Positions 39,501 to 52,313 of a DNA stretch of 64,000 nucleotides are shown piece after piece. Made by a program: the position numbers and the translations under genes. Positions within the stretch are counted from its first letter, which is position 1; every line of letters begins with the position of its first letter. This stretch comes from Balanoglossus misakiensis (taxonomy: Eukaryota; Animalia; Hemichordata), in contig CM082577.2 of assembly GCA_040954595.2 (NCBI GenBank), forward strand, positions 16,189,903 to 16,253,902. The letters are read 5' to 3'. The notes under the pieces are model-generated. The model ran no database searches. It had not been told where the DNA came from and saw nothing but the letters and a program-made list of their open reading frames with translations.

Positions 39501-42500
39501 TATTTCTGCCATGCAAGACTCAACCTTCCGGTAACCTGAGAGCACAGGTGCAAGAGAAAGAAGAAGAAATCAATGTTTTGAAAGATAACATCAAAAATAA
39601 TGATGCAGAGAAGGTGAGTGTGCAAATTATTGTTGGCGTCTTTGCCATTTTTATGCAAAATTGTATTTATCTATTCATAAACAGACAATTTCACTTATAA
39701 CCAGGTGGTGTAGGTCACTCCGCAAAGCACAGTGGGTAATTTTCTACCACAGTTGTGCACTTCAAACTAAGCAGGTGAACAGCACACTTCCGGTGTCTAG
39801 GCAATGTGTTACTTGTCTAGTATATTATTGCATGTGAGCACTGAGTTATACATGTATATATATATATAAATCAAAAAGCTGTTCATTTCCTTAATGCCGC
39901 ACTCTAATAGGTCAATTTAGTAGCCACTACTAGAGGGAAGCATTCATGACCCACACCGCCTGATTTGAAAACTGTAATTACTGTCAATCAAATAATTGAC
40001 TTACTATCACTGACAATACTTGGGAATTTGACTTTTTGGCTTGTTAATTTTAACGAAACGCTTGTTTTCCAAAATTATTAGTTGGTTAAAAGGCAAACAG
40101 TAAATAATTAATTTGAGATTTAGAGGCTCAATGTTGCCTTACATGTTTATATTAACAGCAGTCACAGCGTTGTTGCTTTTACCTTTTGTAATTTTGCTAC
40201 AAGTAAAAGACATGTATTGAACTGGCCAAAGTATGTAAATCTTGTTACAGTGAGGCATGGAGCATGTAAAAACTAGTAAGGAAATCATAGTAAGACTGAA
40301 TGCGATGAAATATCTCAGATTTTAGTTCAGTTTTAGAGGTCATGCCCAGGAAACAATCTCTACATGCTTATTTCCCCTAGAAAGGTCTTATATCTGCAAC
40401 CAAATACCTGAGCACATCATTTATAACCTCATTAATTTTCTTTTGGACACCCACCCCTGTACCATGTACAAATGTAAACACAAATACACTGTTGAAAAAT
40501 TTTCAAGTAACCCTCTTGTAAAAAAAGGAATCAAATGCTGAAAAAATAGCCCATAGATACAATTACACTAGCTTTGACAAGAAAAGACAAACTGAGTGTC
40601 AAAAGGTGAATGAGCATTCTGATAGTCAAAATGAAACATCTCCCCTTCCAACCCCCCAACAAAGTACCCCTAAAATATTTCCATATCAATCCTCCAACAT
40701 CTTCCTTAGTATTTCATAACAGGTTAACGCAAGTTTCTATCATGATCAATTGATTTAGAGCTGGTGCAGTGTACGAACATAAATTAATGAGTAGGTGGCA
40801 CCTGAAGACAGGGATACATTTTGTGTCATTCTATTATCACCATAATGCAGTTAGTAGAATGATACATAATTATTGCTTATCTTATAATTCTTATTCAAAG
40901 GAACCCGCAGAAGTGCAACTGACAAGAAAGAAAACAGAGGGCGTTGATTTTCAGCTTCGGATGTGGTTTTGAGTAACTGAAAGTAGTTATGCTCTAGCTA
41001 GCAATTAATTTTCTACTTAAAGTAATGTCAGCATTAAATTCAATGTGCATCACAAATGTTCAAATGTAATGTGCATTTCAATTCTTAACTTAATCTTGAG
41101 GTACGTATGATAAAAAGACAAATTTTCAAATAATTTTCCACATCTGTTGACAATTTGACAGTGCTAAATGTTATTCATTGCATGGATGTCAATTGTATTT
41201 GTCTTTTAGCAGAGTATTTTCATACAACTAAAAAAATTGAGTTGTCTGAAAATGAACTTTTTCCAGTTTAATACTTGAACCCAAAACTGAATGTGAAACA
41301 GAACCAGAGTCTCACTTCAGAACCGTCTTTTTTATACTCTATAACAACATAAAAAACTAAATTACCATTCTTTTTTCAAATAAAAATATTTTTGAGTTTA
41401 CCTAATTATTTGAATTTTTCTAGTGGGCATGTCTTTCCAAATGAAAAAAAAAAATAAATGTCTCAGCAATAGTTCAAAGGCTCGATCCTACAAACTGTTT
41501 GAATGGGTACCTACATTCTTACATGGTACGTGTACACAAGTTGACACATAAGTTTCACATTTGATCACTTAGGATATAACCACTACAATGTACTTACTTG
41601 GTCTAATCACTAGGGCAGACAAAAACATGCTTACTCAAAAGACTTCTGATAACTAATATTGGTAACTTCCACAATTTCCCTGCATAACTACCTGAACTGT
41701 AAGTTAGTAAATTAAAAATTAATGACATTAACTTTACAGTCAGACTTGTGTATCTGTATTTAGCAGAAATAAAATTATAAATCACATGACTCAATAATTA
41801 GGAGGTGATAATTTAAAATGTACTTAACTTTCATCATTCTCAGTGAAAATTACATGGGATGGTCATTTTAAGAATTATATCCAAACATTTGCGAATCAGT
41901 TGATGTATGCTTAGTAAAATCCTTAATTTCAGTACAGCTTTGTTTGCGTTGAACATCTCTTTATTCTACCCGTTTGAGATGACCCGTTTGGTCCCATCTA
42001 CTCCATCGGGATGTTTGGATGAGTTGTTTGACCGCCAATAGACAAATTTCCCCCAAGGTGCCGAACACAACATCAAATTTCTAGTTACCTACGGTTTGGA
42101 TGAATTCCATGCTACAAAGGTTATGCAGAGCCATTTGATGCCCGCATACTCAACAGCTGGAAATCACCGAAATAGGTAGTATTGTTTCATACATTATTCA
42201 TGACCTGTTTAGGAAGAAAACAAAATGGGAAACTATGTATGTCTCCTCTGTGGCCAAGGCAAAATGAATTCATGCAAACCTGATTTAAGTCAGATATGGC
42301 ATTTCTTCTCTCAGTTAATTATTACATTATTGCTAGTTCTTCGCTGTTCCGGTTTCTTGGTAGTCAGCAGCTGCTTCTCTACATCCAACCAATGAACAAT
42401 CCAGTATGCAAATTATATGCCTGTTAATTTGGATACCTAAGGATGATCAATTTTAGTTTCCAAACTAAAGATGCCCAAAGTATTTACTTGCAAGAAAACA

Positions 42501-42702
42501 AGTTTAGTTTGGAAATCCAAAGATACTCACTTGGGTTTCCATGGAAACCTTAGGATGGCTTATTTTAGAAAAATTGGCTACTGTATAGCTTATGAACAAC
42601 TAAAAAGCTGTATATTTTGGTGTGAGATACTCCAAACTTTTTTTCCAAGTGATACCATTTGGGCAGAAAGTGATGGATATATCTCTCAACAATTTCTAAC
42701 AG

Positions 42703-44880
42703 ACTTTTATCATCCACCGCAAATAACTATACCTGAAGTGGACATTTCTCCACAAAAGAAGAGGCTTTCCATTGTTGGAAACATCCATGATGTGAGTACT
42801 GTAAAATGTTGCGCAAATAGCATGACTTGTTTCTCCCATTTATACAATACAACCATGTCTTGTCAAACTGACCTCAGCTCAAAATTACTGCCATTGATTC
42901 ATCATTTTGCAGTACAATTTTTAAAAAGCAACTGACGCAAATAACAACTACCCTTGCACTATTTCTCCACAACATTTATTAGTCGTAATTATTAACAATC
43001 AATGTTTTGCATTTTCTTTCCACCACAGTATGAATCGGTGACATACATCGAATTCCACGAAGACGGAAACTATAACCATAACTGATGGCATTCAAGATGC
43101 CCAAGTCAACCTCTGGGGAGAGAAAATAACCCTGCCATTGGACATAGGTGCCAAAGTTAAACTTGGCCCGTTGGTTGTCCACAGATATAAAACCTCTACG
43201 TTAAATACGACAGCGACAACTGAAGTGAAGGTGAGACCTTATATAAAACTCTTACATCTCAAAATTGAAATCCTACGTGTGATTTATTTCAGATGTTTAC
43301 AAATAGTGGGGCAGTTAACCCAAAAATCGTGCACTTTGGGTTAAAAGCATGAAACTTGGTACACTTATGTATTGACCCATGGCGGCCATTTTCTGATATG
43401 GATCCAAAATGACAGCGCCCTCTAGTGGCCAGAAACATACATTCATACTTAAAAACCGTGCACTTTGGGTTAAAAGCCTGAAACTTTGTACACTTATGCA
43501 TTGACCCATGGCGGCCATTTTCTAATATGGATCCAAAATGACAGCGCCCTCTTGTGGCCAGAAACTAACATTCAAACTTCCCCCCCATGAATGGCACTTT
43601 TTGGTCATTTGTAACACTCAGAAACAGGAATATGGGTTGTAAAACATGGTTGGTATCATACATTCATGTGTATATTATTCTAATCCTGATATACATGTAT
43701 CAGATCAATCTTGATGACATCTTCCTTCACAGTAACAATGACCACTGCTGCAAGACTAGATCTAAAGCACCTACAGAAACATGTGCATGACTTTTTGCAA
43801 CTGATTTCCTGAGGTTGACTCTTTTCTTGGGCTTGACTAAGAGTTGTCCAACTTGATTTCCACTGGGATTCTGTTGGTTTGATATAGCCTTGCTAGGTTT
43901 CTCATAGCACATGTTCTTTAGGAGCTGCCTGTATTCTCGAGAACCCATAACTTTCTGGAGAAGAGGTGTTGTCTTACCCCTTTGCATAACTTTGTGAATT
44001 CAACTGGTCTGTTTTTCGAAGAACAAATCGTTCAATTAGTAACATAAAAGATTGATCTGATACATGTACATCAGGATTATGATAATATTCAAAGGAATGG
44101 ATGGCAGCAAGCATGTTTTACAACCCATATTCCTGTGTCTGAGTGTTAAATTTACCCAAAATGTGTCATTAATGGGGGGAAAAGTGTAAATGTCAGTTTC
44201 TAGCCACTAGAGGGCGCTGTCTTTTGGGATCCATATTGGAAAATGTCCGCCATTGGTCAATGAATAATTGTACCAAATTTCATGCTTTTAACCCGAAGTG
44301 CACAATTTTAAAGTATGAATGTCTGTTTCTGGCCACTAGAGGGCGCTGTCATTTTGGATCCATATCAGAAAATGGCCGCCATGGGTCAATGCATAAGTGT
44401 ACCAAGTTTCATGCTTTTAACCCAAAGTGCACAATTATGCCAAAATTTGGGGTTTAGCTCCTGCACTAAAATGTTCATCAAAAAACCCTGCTCTCTGCAA
44501 ACATTACCCCTCCTCTTGTCAGTGCTTCTAATGTAACTCTGTTTTCCCTAAGGTGTTAGAAGAACGTACTGGTGAGGACATGGTAGATGGGTTGTTGAAG
44601 GGAATAGACATAGATGAGTAAGTATTAACCAATATCCTATCATTTTGTGTACATCAAGAAATGCCATGTTCATTTCTGTGTGCCTTACCATTAATACTCT
44701 GTCAACTATTCCTTTTAATTTTTTCTAGAAGTGGCATCTTCTGTGTTAGAGACGGCAAATACTTGCAGTGTCCCACATTATGCCAGACCTTGGGGACGGA
44801 GGAGGACATACTGCAAAAACCTGCCAATCCATGTACACTATCAAGCAAGACATGGAAAAGTTACAAAGATTGAGGAAGTA
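42703..44880 (+). pseudogene. Multi-exon OB-fold (RPA/SSB-like) gene remnant (exons ~42703-42791, 43029-43230, 44553-44617, 44729-44880)
   Basis: RLSIVGNIHD|...ITITDGIQDAQVNLWGEK...LDIGAKVKL..LVVHRYK.STLNTTATTEVK follows the OB-fold strand pattern. GT-AG junctions are phase compatible; internal frameshifts present. Confidence 0.55.
43304..44468. mobile_element. Academ-like foldback MITE (1.17 kb) with long TIRs built of ~120-bp subunits
   Basis: TAGTG...CACTA termini; 3-bp TSD AAA (43301-43303, 44469-44471); arms ~43304-43710 and ~44050-44468 are inverted. Confidence 0.75.
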
Positions 44881-45464
44881 AACTAAACAAAACCAATCTC
44901 CATCTTGCAACTTCCCCAACACTACTATCTGCATCCAAAATGTGAACTTTTAATTTAGTATTCATTACAGAAACATTTTAGTCCTGCATTCTGCCATTCA
45001 CATGCATCTTATTTTTGGCCAACACCAACTTATACAAAATATATTTTAAGCATATTGTTCTCATTTCTCTCCAATGTACAGAAAGCAGTAGCCTTGGGTG
45101 TATATGAAAGTGGAGTACATTGGCGGGTACTCAGCAAACTGCTGCAGTTGGTACCCCAGTCATAGAGGGACGAGTTTCGAGAGATCTAACCCCGAAAGAG
45201 ATCATCATCGTACAGGAGGGAGGAGAGTCCGAGTTACCCGCGGGAGACAACCCAGGAACGGCGCCCAGAGAGGATAGAAGAGGGGGAAGTCGTCCGACCT
45301 CCATTGACACAGGAGAGATGAGGGGACACACCAGGGGGATTTGACGCCTTCTTCAACCTTCAGTCATGTGCTGAAGAATGTCGAGTTGAGGAGGCCCCAA
45401 CTTCCATAGACGACCTCGCCAACTATGATGTTGGCACCCCCCCCCCCCCCCCCCCGATAGAATA

Positions 45465-45860
45465 GGCCTACATTGCTCAGTACCGTTCATATACAGTGAT
45501 GGAGAATGAATCCAAAGACATCTTGTCAATAATTACAATGGACAAAAGAATGACCGACAGAAAGTCAACAAACCTGGAGAAGGCTTGCTTTCAGCAAAGT
45601 ATGACTGTGTTGCAAGATAAAGGAATGAAGATTGAGGAAGTTGTCACAGATGCTCACCTGCAAATTGGTGCAGTGATGAGTAAGTTTGTTTTACATTGTA
45701 AATAGCAAATATCTTGTGCCTTGCAGATGTCTATAAAACTTGATGCATGCTATTAATAAGCACAAAGCACCAGATTGTAACAGCTACCCTTCATTTTAAT
45801 TTGCCGAGCGAGAATACCCTGACATTAAACGCTCTCGTGATATATGACATGCTGCGTGGA
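45465..45860 (+). pseudogene. Kolobok-type DDE transposase fragment
   Basis: AQYRSYTVME...KSTNLEKACF...VVTDAHLQI, then EYPDIKRSRDI*HAA (degenerate H..D.WH). Confidence 0.7.
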
Positions 45861-47631
45861 AAGAAAATCTTTAGGGGTTATTACACGAAGTTTGGTGAAT
45901 AACGAATAATTTCTCCAGGAACATGTTATTGTTAATTATGTCATGCTTTCTCAATCATGTATCAGGTCATCACCACTTAAAAAATGGGAAATGACGACCA
46001 TCATGGAAGCTTTCATCGATAATTGTCCAGGAAACTATACAATGTAAGTTTTCTAGCTAAAATGGAGACTTTATGCTCGAGAATACTTAGGGGTTATTAC
46101 ACGTAGTCATGCTTTCTCAATCATGTACAGTAAAACCTGTCAAAACCGGACCCTGGTAAAACCGGACCACTGTCCATACCAAACGATTTTTTCAGTCCCT
46201 GCCCACTCCCATAGACGCCCTGTGTTAAAAAACCTCTGCAGTCCGGCCACTGTCTACTGTAAAAACCGGACTGGATTTCGAGCGAAAACCGGACGGAACG
46301 TATCAGGTCATCACCACTTAAAATTAACTGGCGACCATAATGGAGTCATTTATAGAAAAATGTCCTAGAAGATACAGAATGTATGTTTTTCAGCTAAAAT
46401 GGAGACATTAGGAACATGTTATAGTTAATTATGTCATCCTTTCTCAATCATGTATCAGGTCATCACCACTTTAAAAAATACTGTCAAGGACACTGTGGTC
46501 CCGTTTGCGGATTATGCAGAAATAGGGAAACACCAGAATAAAAATTACAGGTGACATTGCAAGCAGATATGATCTAATCACATACAAATATGGAATGTAA
46601 ACAAAATAACAAGGAGCATGCCCAATAAGCTGTCATGTGTCATGGCAGTCTTACAAGTGGTGCTCGAAAAATTTATTTTTGATCAAAAATTGTCTGTACA
46701 AACACATATGACAAGCAACTTCTTTCAGTCAGCCCTGGAACAGACATACAGACACACACAGACGCTCACTGACCTGCCACTGGTAATTAAAAATTTAATA
46801 GCTGGTGGTCTCTGGAACAGCTGGCCTATTAAAGTTGTGTAAACATGTCTAAGTTGGGGGTAACAACTCTGTTTAAACAGTAACTTTCAGAACAACTGGT
46901 TTAAGAGAAGATTTGCTAACCAAAAACAAAGAAACTTACAAAAAATCGCTGAATATTGAATATTTCTGATATCATAATTGAATAAAAGTTGCACATAAAC
47001 ATGTATGTGTTATGAAATTGTATCCTAAATTTCAAAGCAATCAGAGAAAAAAAAATGTCAAAGCAATCCAACAAGCAGTTTCACAGACAATATTTGTTTC
47101 AAAAGTGGCAAAAACACAAATATGCAAATATCACCACAATTGTATAATATCTTACTTCAATCACTACAAGGAACATGTTGCCAAAGTTCAATGCAATATG
47201 ACAAGCAGTTTCAGAGAAAACAATTTTTGACAAAAATTGCAGAAGTTTCACTGATAACACATTTATGCAAATATCACATTTGTTTTACAACATATTACTT
47301 AGGTTACCCCTACAAACATGCCTACCAAATTGCAAAGCCATCTGGCATGCGGTTTTAAAGAAAAAATATGTGGACCAAAAATGGCAAATATTGCTCAAAA
47401 TTATAAATATGCAAATTTTGCAACAATTTGAACAAAACTATGGTTACTCAGACAACCATTAGGAAGCTTCCAGAATGTTCAAAACTGCACAAAGATAAAT
47501 ATTCGCTCTGTCTGAATAAACGTGATGTAACAATAAACGCAAATCAAAAATGCCATAGACGTGTTTTCCTACTCAATAATTAACTTCCTTCCTTTTACTC
47601 CTATACAGTAAACAAATAAACCCAACGTACC

Positions 47632-47859
47632 ATGGCTGATATATCAATAAAGTTCAAGATACTGGAGGAAACAGAACCCAGAATGTCAGTAACGGGAACA
47701 TTCCACAACGTAATGGCCCTCGACAACTACGGAGCTATACGCGAAATCAAAATTTGGAAGGAGTCATGCGTACTGAAAATCAAAAAAGGAGTTTACATCG
47801 AACTACGCCACTTTGGCACATGCCATGATGGTGGGATATCCATCAACAGAAACACAAAG
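47632..47859 (+). CDS. Isolated first exon, possible OB-fold
   Basis: CCATGG start; IKFKILEETEPR...MALD..G.IREIKIW......IKKGVYIELRHF......ISINRNTK|GTGAG. Confidence 0.4.
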
Positions 47860-48285
47860 GTGAGTAGATGAGGATTGTGCGGAAACAGTGACACACCAGA
47901 ATAAAAATTACAGGTGACATTGCAAGCAGATATGATCTTACGATATAGAAATATGGAATGTAAAAAAATTAACAAAGAACATGCGCAAAAACTGTCATGT
48001 GTCATGGCAGTCTTACAAGTGGTGCGAGAAATTTGTCACATACCAGAGGTGTTCAAAAAATACCAGGGCTACAATGCATGGAAACAAAACCGCCATCCAC
48101 AACCCATCCTGAAAAGTTGGGAGAATTACGGCTGGGAGAATTATGCCAAGATATAGTGCATGTGTTGGACTTGCCACCAAATTGCACGGATTGAAATAAG
48201 AAGCTCATGGCTGTACTACAGGAGTTTTTAGATTGTATGATGAAATATAAGCAATATCTTGACCAAAATCTGGTGGTGAAGAAAC

Positions 48286-48791
48286 TACGGTGGCCCTCTC
48301 ATGTCAGGCCTAAAATATTATTTTGAAAGTTAAACTTTCAAAATTATAGACAATATCTTCTCCCAAAAGTAAACTTAAGTTTTGGTGAAGGCAACTATAA
48401 TTTTGACGTACACAATTTCAATTTCAGTGGAGTAAACTTTTTAATTTTGACAGTAAAACTTTAATTTTACTTTACACAACTCTTATTTTAGAGAACAAAA
48501 GTTTAATTTCCGAAAGCCAATTTTATTTTTTCCGAGAGTAAAATTTTAAGATTTTTTTCCAAAATAAACTTCTAACACTTGAGATAAAATATTATCTATA
48601 CTACATAGAATTTTTTTATTTTCAGAAAGAAATAGTTAATTTTGTAAAACTTTTTTTAAGTAACATTACTTTTCGCGGGTGAAAATTTTATTTTACAGAT
48701 GTAAATATATTTTTATCTAATTTCTAGTTACACAACTTATGGGGGCGCTCTTTCTATTGCTACTGACAAACTTTTTCATGGGGGCGCTATT
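48286..48791 (+). repeat. Left terminal inverted repeat
   Basis: Reverse complement of 55836-56342 with only a handful of mismatches. Confidence 0.95.
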
Positions 48792-48865
48792 CAGGTTTCG
48801 GTGTACAAATTTTTTAGATAGATGCACAAAATATTTTTCTGAGAAAGCAAAATACTTTTTTAGTC

Positions 48866-48897
48866 GCGGCGGAAGTGAAGGTATCCCACAATTCCCA
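48866..48897 (+). promoter_or_regulatory. Putative promoter motif for the transposase (ETS-like CGGAAGT + TCCCACAAT)
   Basis: GCGGCGGAAGTGAAGGTATCCCACAATTCC lies 50-80 bp before ATG 48948 and is mirrored at 55732-55756. Confidence 0.5.
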
Positions 48898-48947
48898 CCT
48901 TTCAGGACGTTACAGGAGTATACATTCCCAACAAACAGACGGGAATA

Positions 48948-50159
48948 ATGGCGTCTCCGTCTCACCAAGAGAGTTTATCACCGACACCACACCTTTCTGA
49001 TGTCGATACTGATGACGGGGCGATGTGCGGAGACGACGAAGAAAGCTTGATACGACATTTTTTCTTTAGAGGATTCACGTATGACGAAATCCTTCTATTT
49101 TTAAGAAAATACCATGATATTCGTATTAGTAAGCGAACATTGGATCGTCGTATAAACTCGTATGGTTTGAAAAGACGACGAGTAGAATATGACATCGAAG
49201 CAGTGAGAGACAAAATCAAGGAAATGCTGGATGGACCAGAGTGCACCGGTGGCTATCGGACAGTATGGCACAGTCTCAAAATGGAAGGTATCAATGTTCC
49301 CAGAATTGTTGTTCAGCAGCTATTGAGGGAATTGGACCCAGAAGGCAGTTTTTTGAGAAGAGCACATCGACTCAAGAAAAGAGTATATTTGAATCCTGGA
49401 CCTAATTTTGCATGGCATGTTGACGGCTATGATAAACTGAAACCATTCGGCTTTCCCATACATGGAGCCATAGATGGATACAGTAGAAAGATATTGTGGC
49501 TTAATGTGACAAAGTCAAACAATCTCCCAGATAATATTGCAGCATATTACCTTGAAGCAGTAAACAGATTTGATGGCTGTCCCATTGAGCTGATCACTGA
49601 TCTTGGTACAGAAAATGGCACCATGGCTGCTACACAGGCATTTTTTCGGAACGACATTGATGCACATAGATATGTAGCATCTCCACGGAATCAGAGAATT
49701 GAAGCATGGTGGTCATTTCTGAGAAAAAACCGCTCAACATGGTGGATAAATTTCTTCAAGGATATGGAGTCACAGGGTATATTTGATTCCACTAATGATT
49801 TACATAAGGAATGCCTGTGGTTTTGTTTCGCGTGTTTACTCCAGAATGATCTTGATCATGTTCGTGAACATTGGAACACTCATTACATTCGGCGGTCAAG
49901 ACATGATACTGTACCAGGCAGACCGGACTCCCTATATTATCTCCCAGAACTCCACGGAGGTGCTGACAACTTAATCCAGCCTGTTGCGCAGGATGAAATG
50001 AACTATGTATATCATGAACTCATTGATAGAGACAATGATAATGACTATCAACAATATTTCCAATATGTTTTGCAAACATGTGCTATAAGCAAACCACTTC
50101 ACTGGAGAGATGCAATACAATTGTATGATGGATTAATACACGTGGCAGGAGAATATTAA
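48948..50159 (+). CDS. IS3/IS481-like (integrase-core) DDE transposase, 403 aa, intact
   Basis: N-terminal HTH (FTYDEIL...ISKRTLDRR). Catalytic motifs WHVDGYDKLK, IDGYSRK, ITDLGTEN and NQRIEAWW; also WNTHYIR. AATAAA twice at ~50265-50278. Confidence 0.92.
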   Translation: MASPSHQESLSPTPHLSDVDTDDGAMCGDDEESLIRHFFFRGFTYDEILLFLRKYHDIRISKRTLDRRINSYGLKRRRVEYDIEAVRDKIKEMLDGPECTGGYRTVWHSLKMEGINVPRIVVQQLLRELDPEGSFLRRAHRLKKRVYLNPGPNFAWHVDGYDKLKPFGFPIHGAIDGYSRKILWLNVTKSNNLPDNIAAYYLEAVNRFDGCPIELITDLGTENGTMAATQAFFRNDIDAHRYVASPRNQRIEAWWSFLRKNRSTWWINFFKDMESQGIFDSTNDLHKECLWFCFACLLQNDLDHVREHWNTHYIRRSRHDTVPGRPDSLYYLPELHGGADNLIQPVAQDEMNYVYHELIDRDNDNDYQQYFQYVLQTCAISKPLHWRDAIQLYDGLIHVAGEY

Positions 50160-50510
50160 CACACTATTTATTCATTTTGTTTAATGTGACTGTGATCTAG
50201 CCAGAATGGTATCAGATTTCAAGACAACACCCAGTAAAAGACAATCTTTATTCCTGTGTATTGCAATAAAGCAATAAACCAGGCCAGTAAATATTGGCAT
50301 ATTGAAATGAAATAAAGATTTGTCAATTGTCATTATTCCAAAATGCTACAAATCGCCACTGAGTTCTTTAGCTTCTGTTTTTCATATTTATGTGCCAGTT
50401 AGTTGTAGGCTAGAAGTGATATGTTTTTATAAGTGTGTGTGTGGATGTATGTATCATGAATGTATGCGCGAGTGCCTGTCTGGCTGTCTCAGTATGCATG
50501 CATGCACACA

Positions 50511-50858
50511 TACTGTATGGCAATGTGTGTGTGTGTTTACATACCCAGATGTACTTATGTATTTATTTATGTATGGATGGATGGATTGCTTGGCTTTGGG
50601 TGTGAGAATGGGTGGTTTAATAGATGGCTGGAAACATTCACCCATCTATTAAACCACCCATTCTCACACCCAAAGCCAAGCCAGCCATGCATACATACAT
50701 ACATACATACATACATACATGCATGCATGCATGCATGCATGCATGCATGCATACATACATACATACATACATACATACATACATACATACATACATACAT
50801 ACATACATACATACATACATACTGGTATGTAAATACACACACATTATCATACAGTATA
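50511..50858. repeat. Palindromic element with (CATA)n/(CATG)n microsatellite arms between the two IS3EU genes
   Basis: Stem GGCTTTGGGTGTGAGAATGGGTGGTTTAATAGATGG / CCATCTATTAAACCACCCATTCTCACACCCAAAGCC; outer arms ATACTGTATG / CATACAGTAT. Confidence 0.85.
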
Positions 50859-52313
50859 CACAAAATATCATGACTGCTCACATCCTTGTGGTACATCCAT
50901 CAGCCAGCACACACAACAGCCATACATATCTTCATGGCTGTAGGATTGAAAAAAAACACCCACAAAAATATTTAAGTCGGAACCATTTAATGCAGCGATA
51001 TAAAAGCACACAATAGTTGAATACAACTTTAGTGAAACATTTCTTGTAAAACATGCACAATGTCCTAGGTAAACAGTGGTAACGCCTCCCATTGCCTAAT
51101 TTTCATGCAAACTAGTAGACTGTTCACTATCTAATACACTGTAAAATGTTATTGCCTCTAGTGATCCTCCTCATTCTATAATACTCATCATGACATACAA
51201 TATAAAAAGTACACAGTGTTGTTTCAGTCTGATTATCAATACATGTACTGGTATAGTTTATACTGTTCTTTGTTGTGTCATCTTTCTCTGTCAATGGCAA
51301 AACATTGATACCCCCACTGAACAGTAGGTTGTTATGAATGTTCACATCACACACAATTGTCCAGACACTGTCCGATGTGAAAAATGTCTGACTATTATAG
51401 TGATTACAGACCCTCAACTCCGAATGATTGTTCGCTACCACTCTGGCTTGGCCTCCAGCAGTGAGTCCAGCTATGAATGGAGGTCCTCTGATTGTGGGAG
51501 AAATTGTTGAACCCAGCTAGGGCTGGGTATAGTTAAGTGCAGTCAAGATTCCTGATCAAACAAATAAACCTCATTAAAATTGGCCACATTTGTTAACAGC
51601 ACTGTGTATAGAACTACATGTATTAGCAGTCAAGTCAGGCATGATAGTAACATCACTACAAAATCTACAAACAGTTGCATGCTCTAAAAATACAGTAACA
51701 ATGGTAAACAGTTTTAAAGGTTAAAGACTAGAGCCAATAGCCACTGTGGCACTTGTGATGATTTCAAGTAATTATGCAGGAAAAGTATAAGAAAAGTAAA
51801 TTCCATACACCCTTTTCATAAGTCTAGTGCCCAGGCCCTCATGCAGCAATTATGAATTTGAACCTCGAAGTGATTGGTCAACTTTTCCCCATTGGCCTCA
51901 CTTTGAGTTCAAATACATGATGGCTGCGTGATGGTACCAGACTTATGAAAGGGGTGCATTGTTAATGACATAGTCCCCACAATTTGTAACTGTAGTCATA
52001 AAATTTAACAAAAACAATCCATGTGTATATGTATAACACAAGCAATTTGTATGAAATCACTTCTGAGGCGTTTGAGTTCCAGATATAACAAATCCAATAA
52101 AAAATAACTCTCCAGTGGCCATAACACCACACATTACCAGTATAACAGTAACTTCAAACTTTAAAAAAAGGAATGTCAACTCTTGAGGGAAAAACGGGGT
52201 ACACAATTCTGTAAAAATAGAACAGTAAAACCTGTCTAAACTGAACCCTGTTTTGTCAGTCTGGAAACCTGTCTATTCTGAACATATTTTCCAGTACACT
52301 GTCTGTAACAGAC

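Noticed and set aside
48717-48968. Small ORFs ending ...SAPISCVTRN at both element ends (also 55719-55910)
   Set aside because: Their identity is simply due to the TIR.
50320-51016. ORFs rich in HTYI/MYVC
   Set aside because: Translation of (CATA)n/(CATG)n microsatellites.
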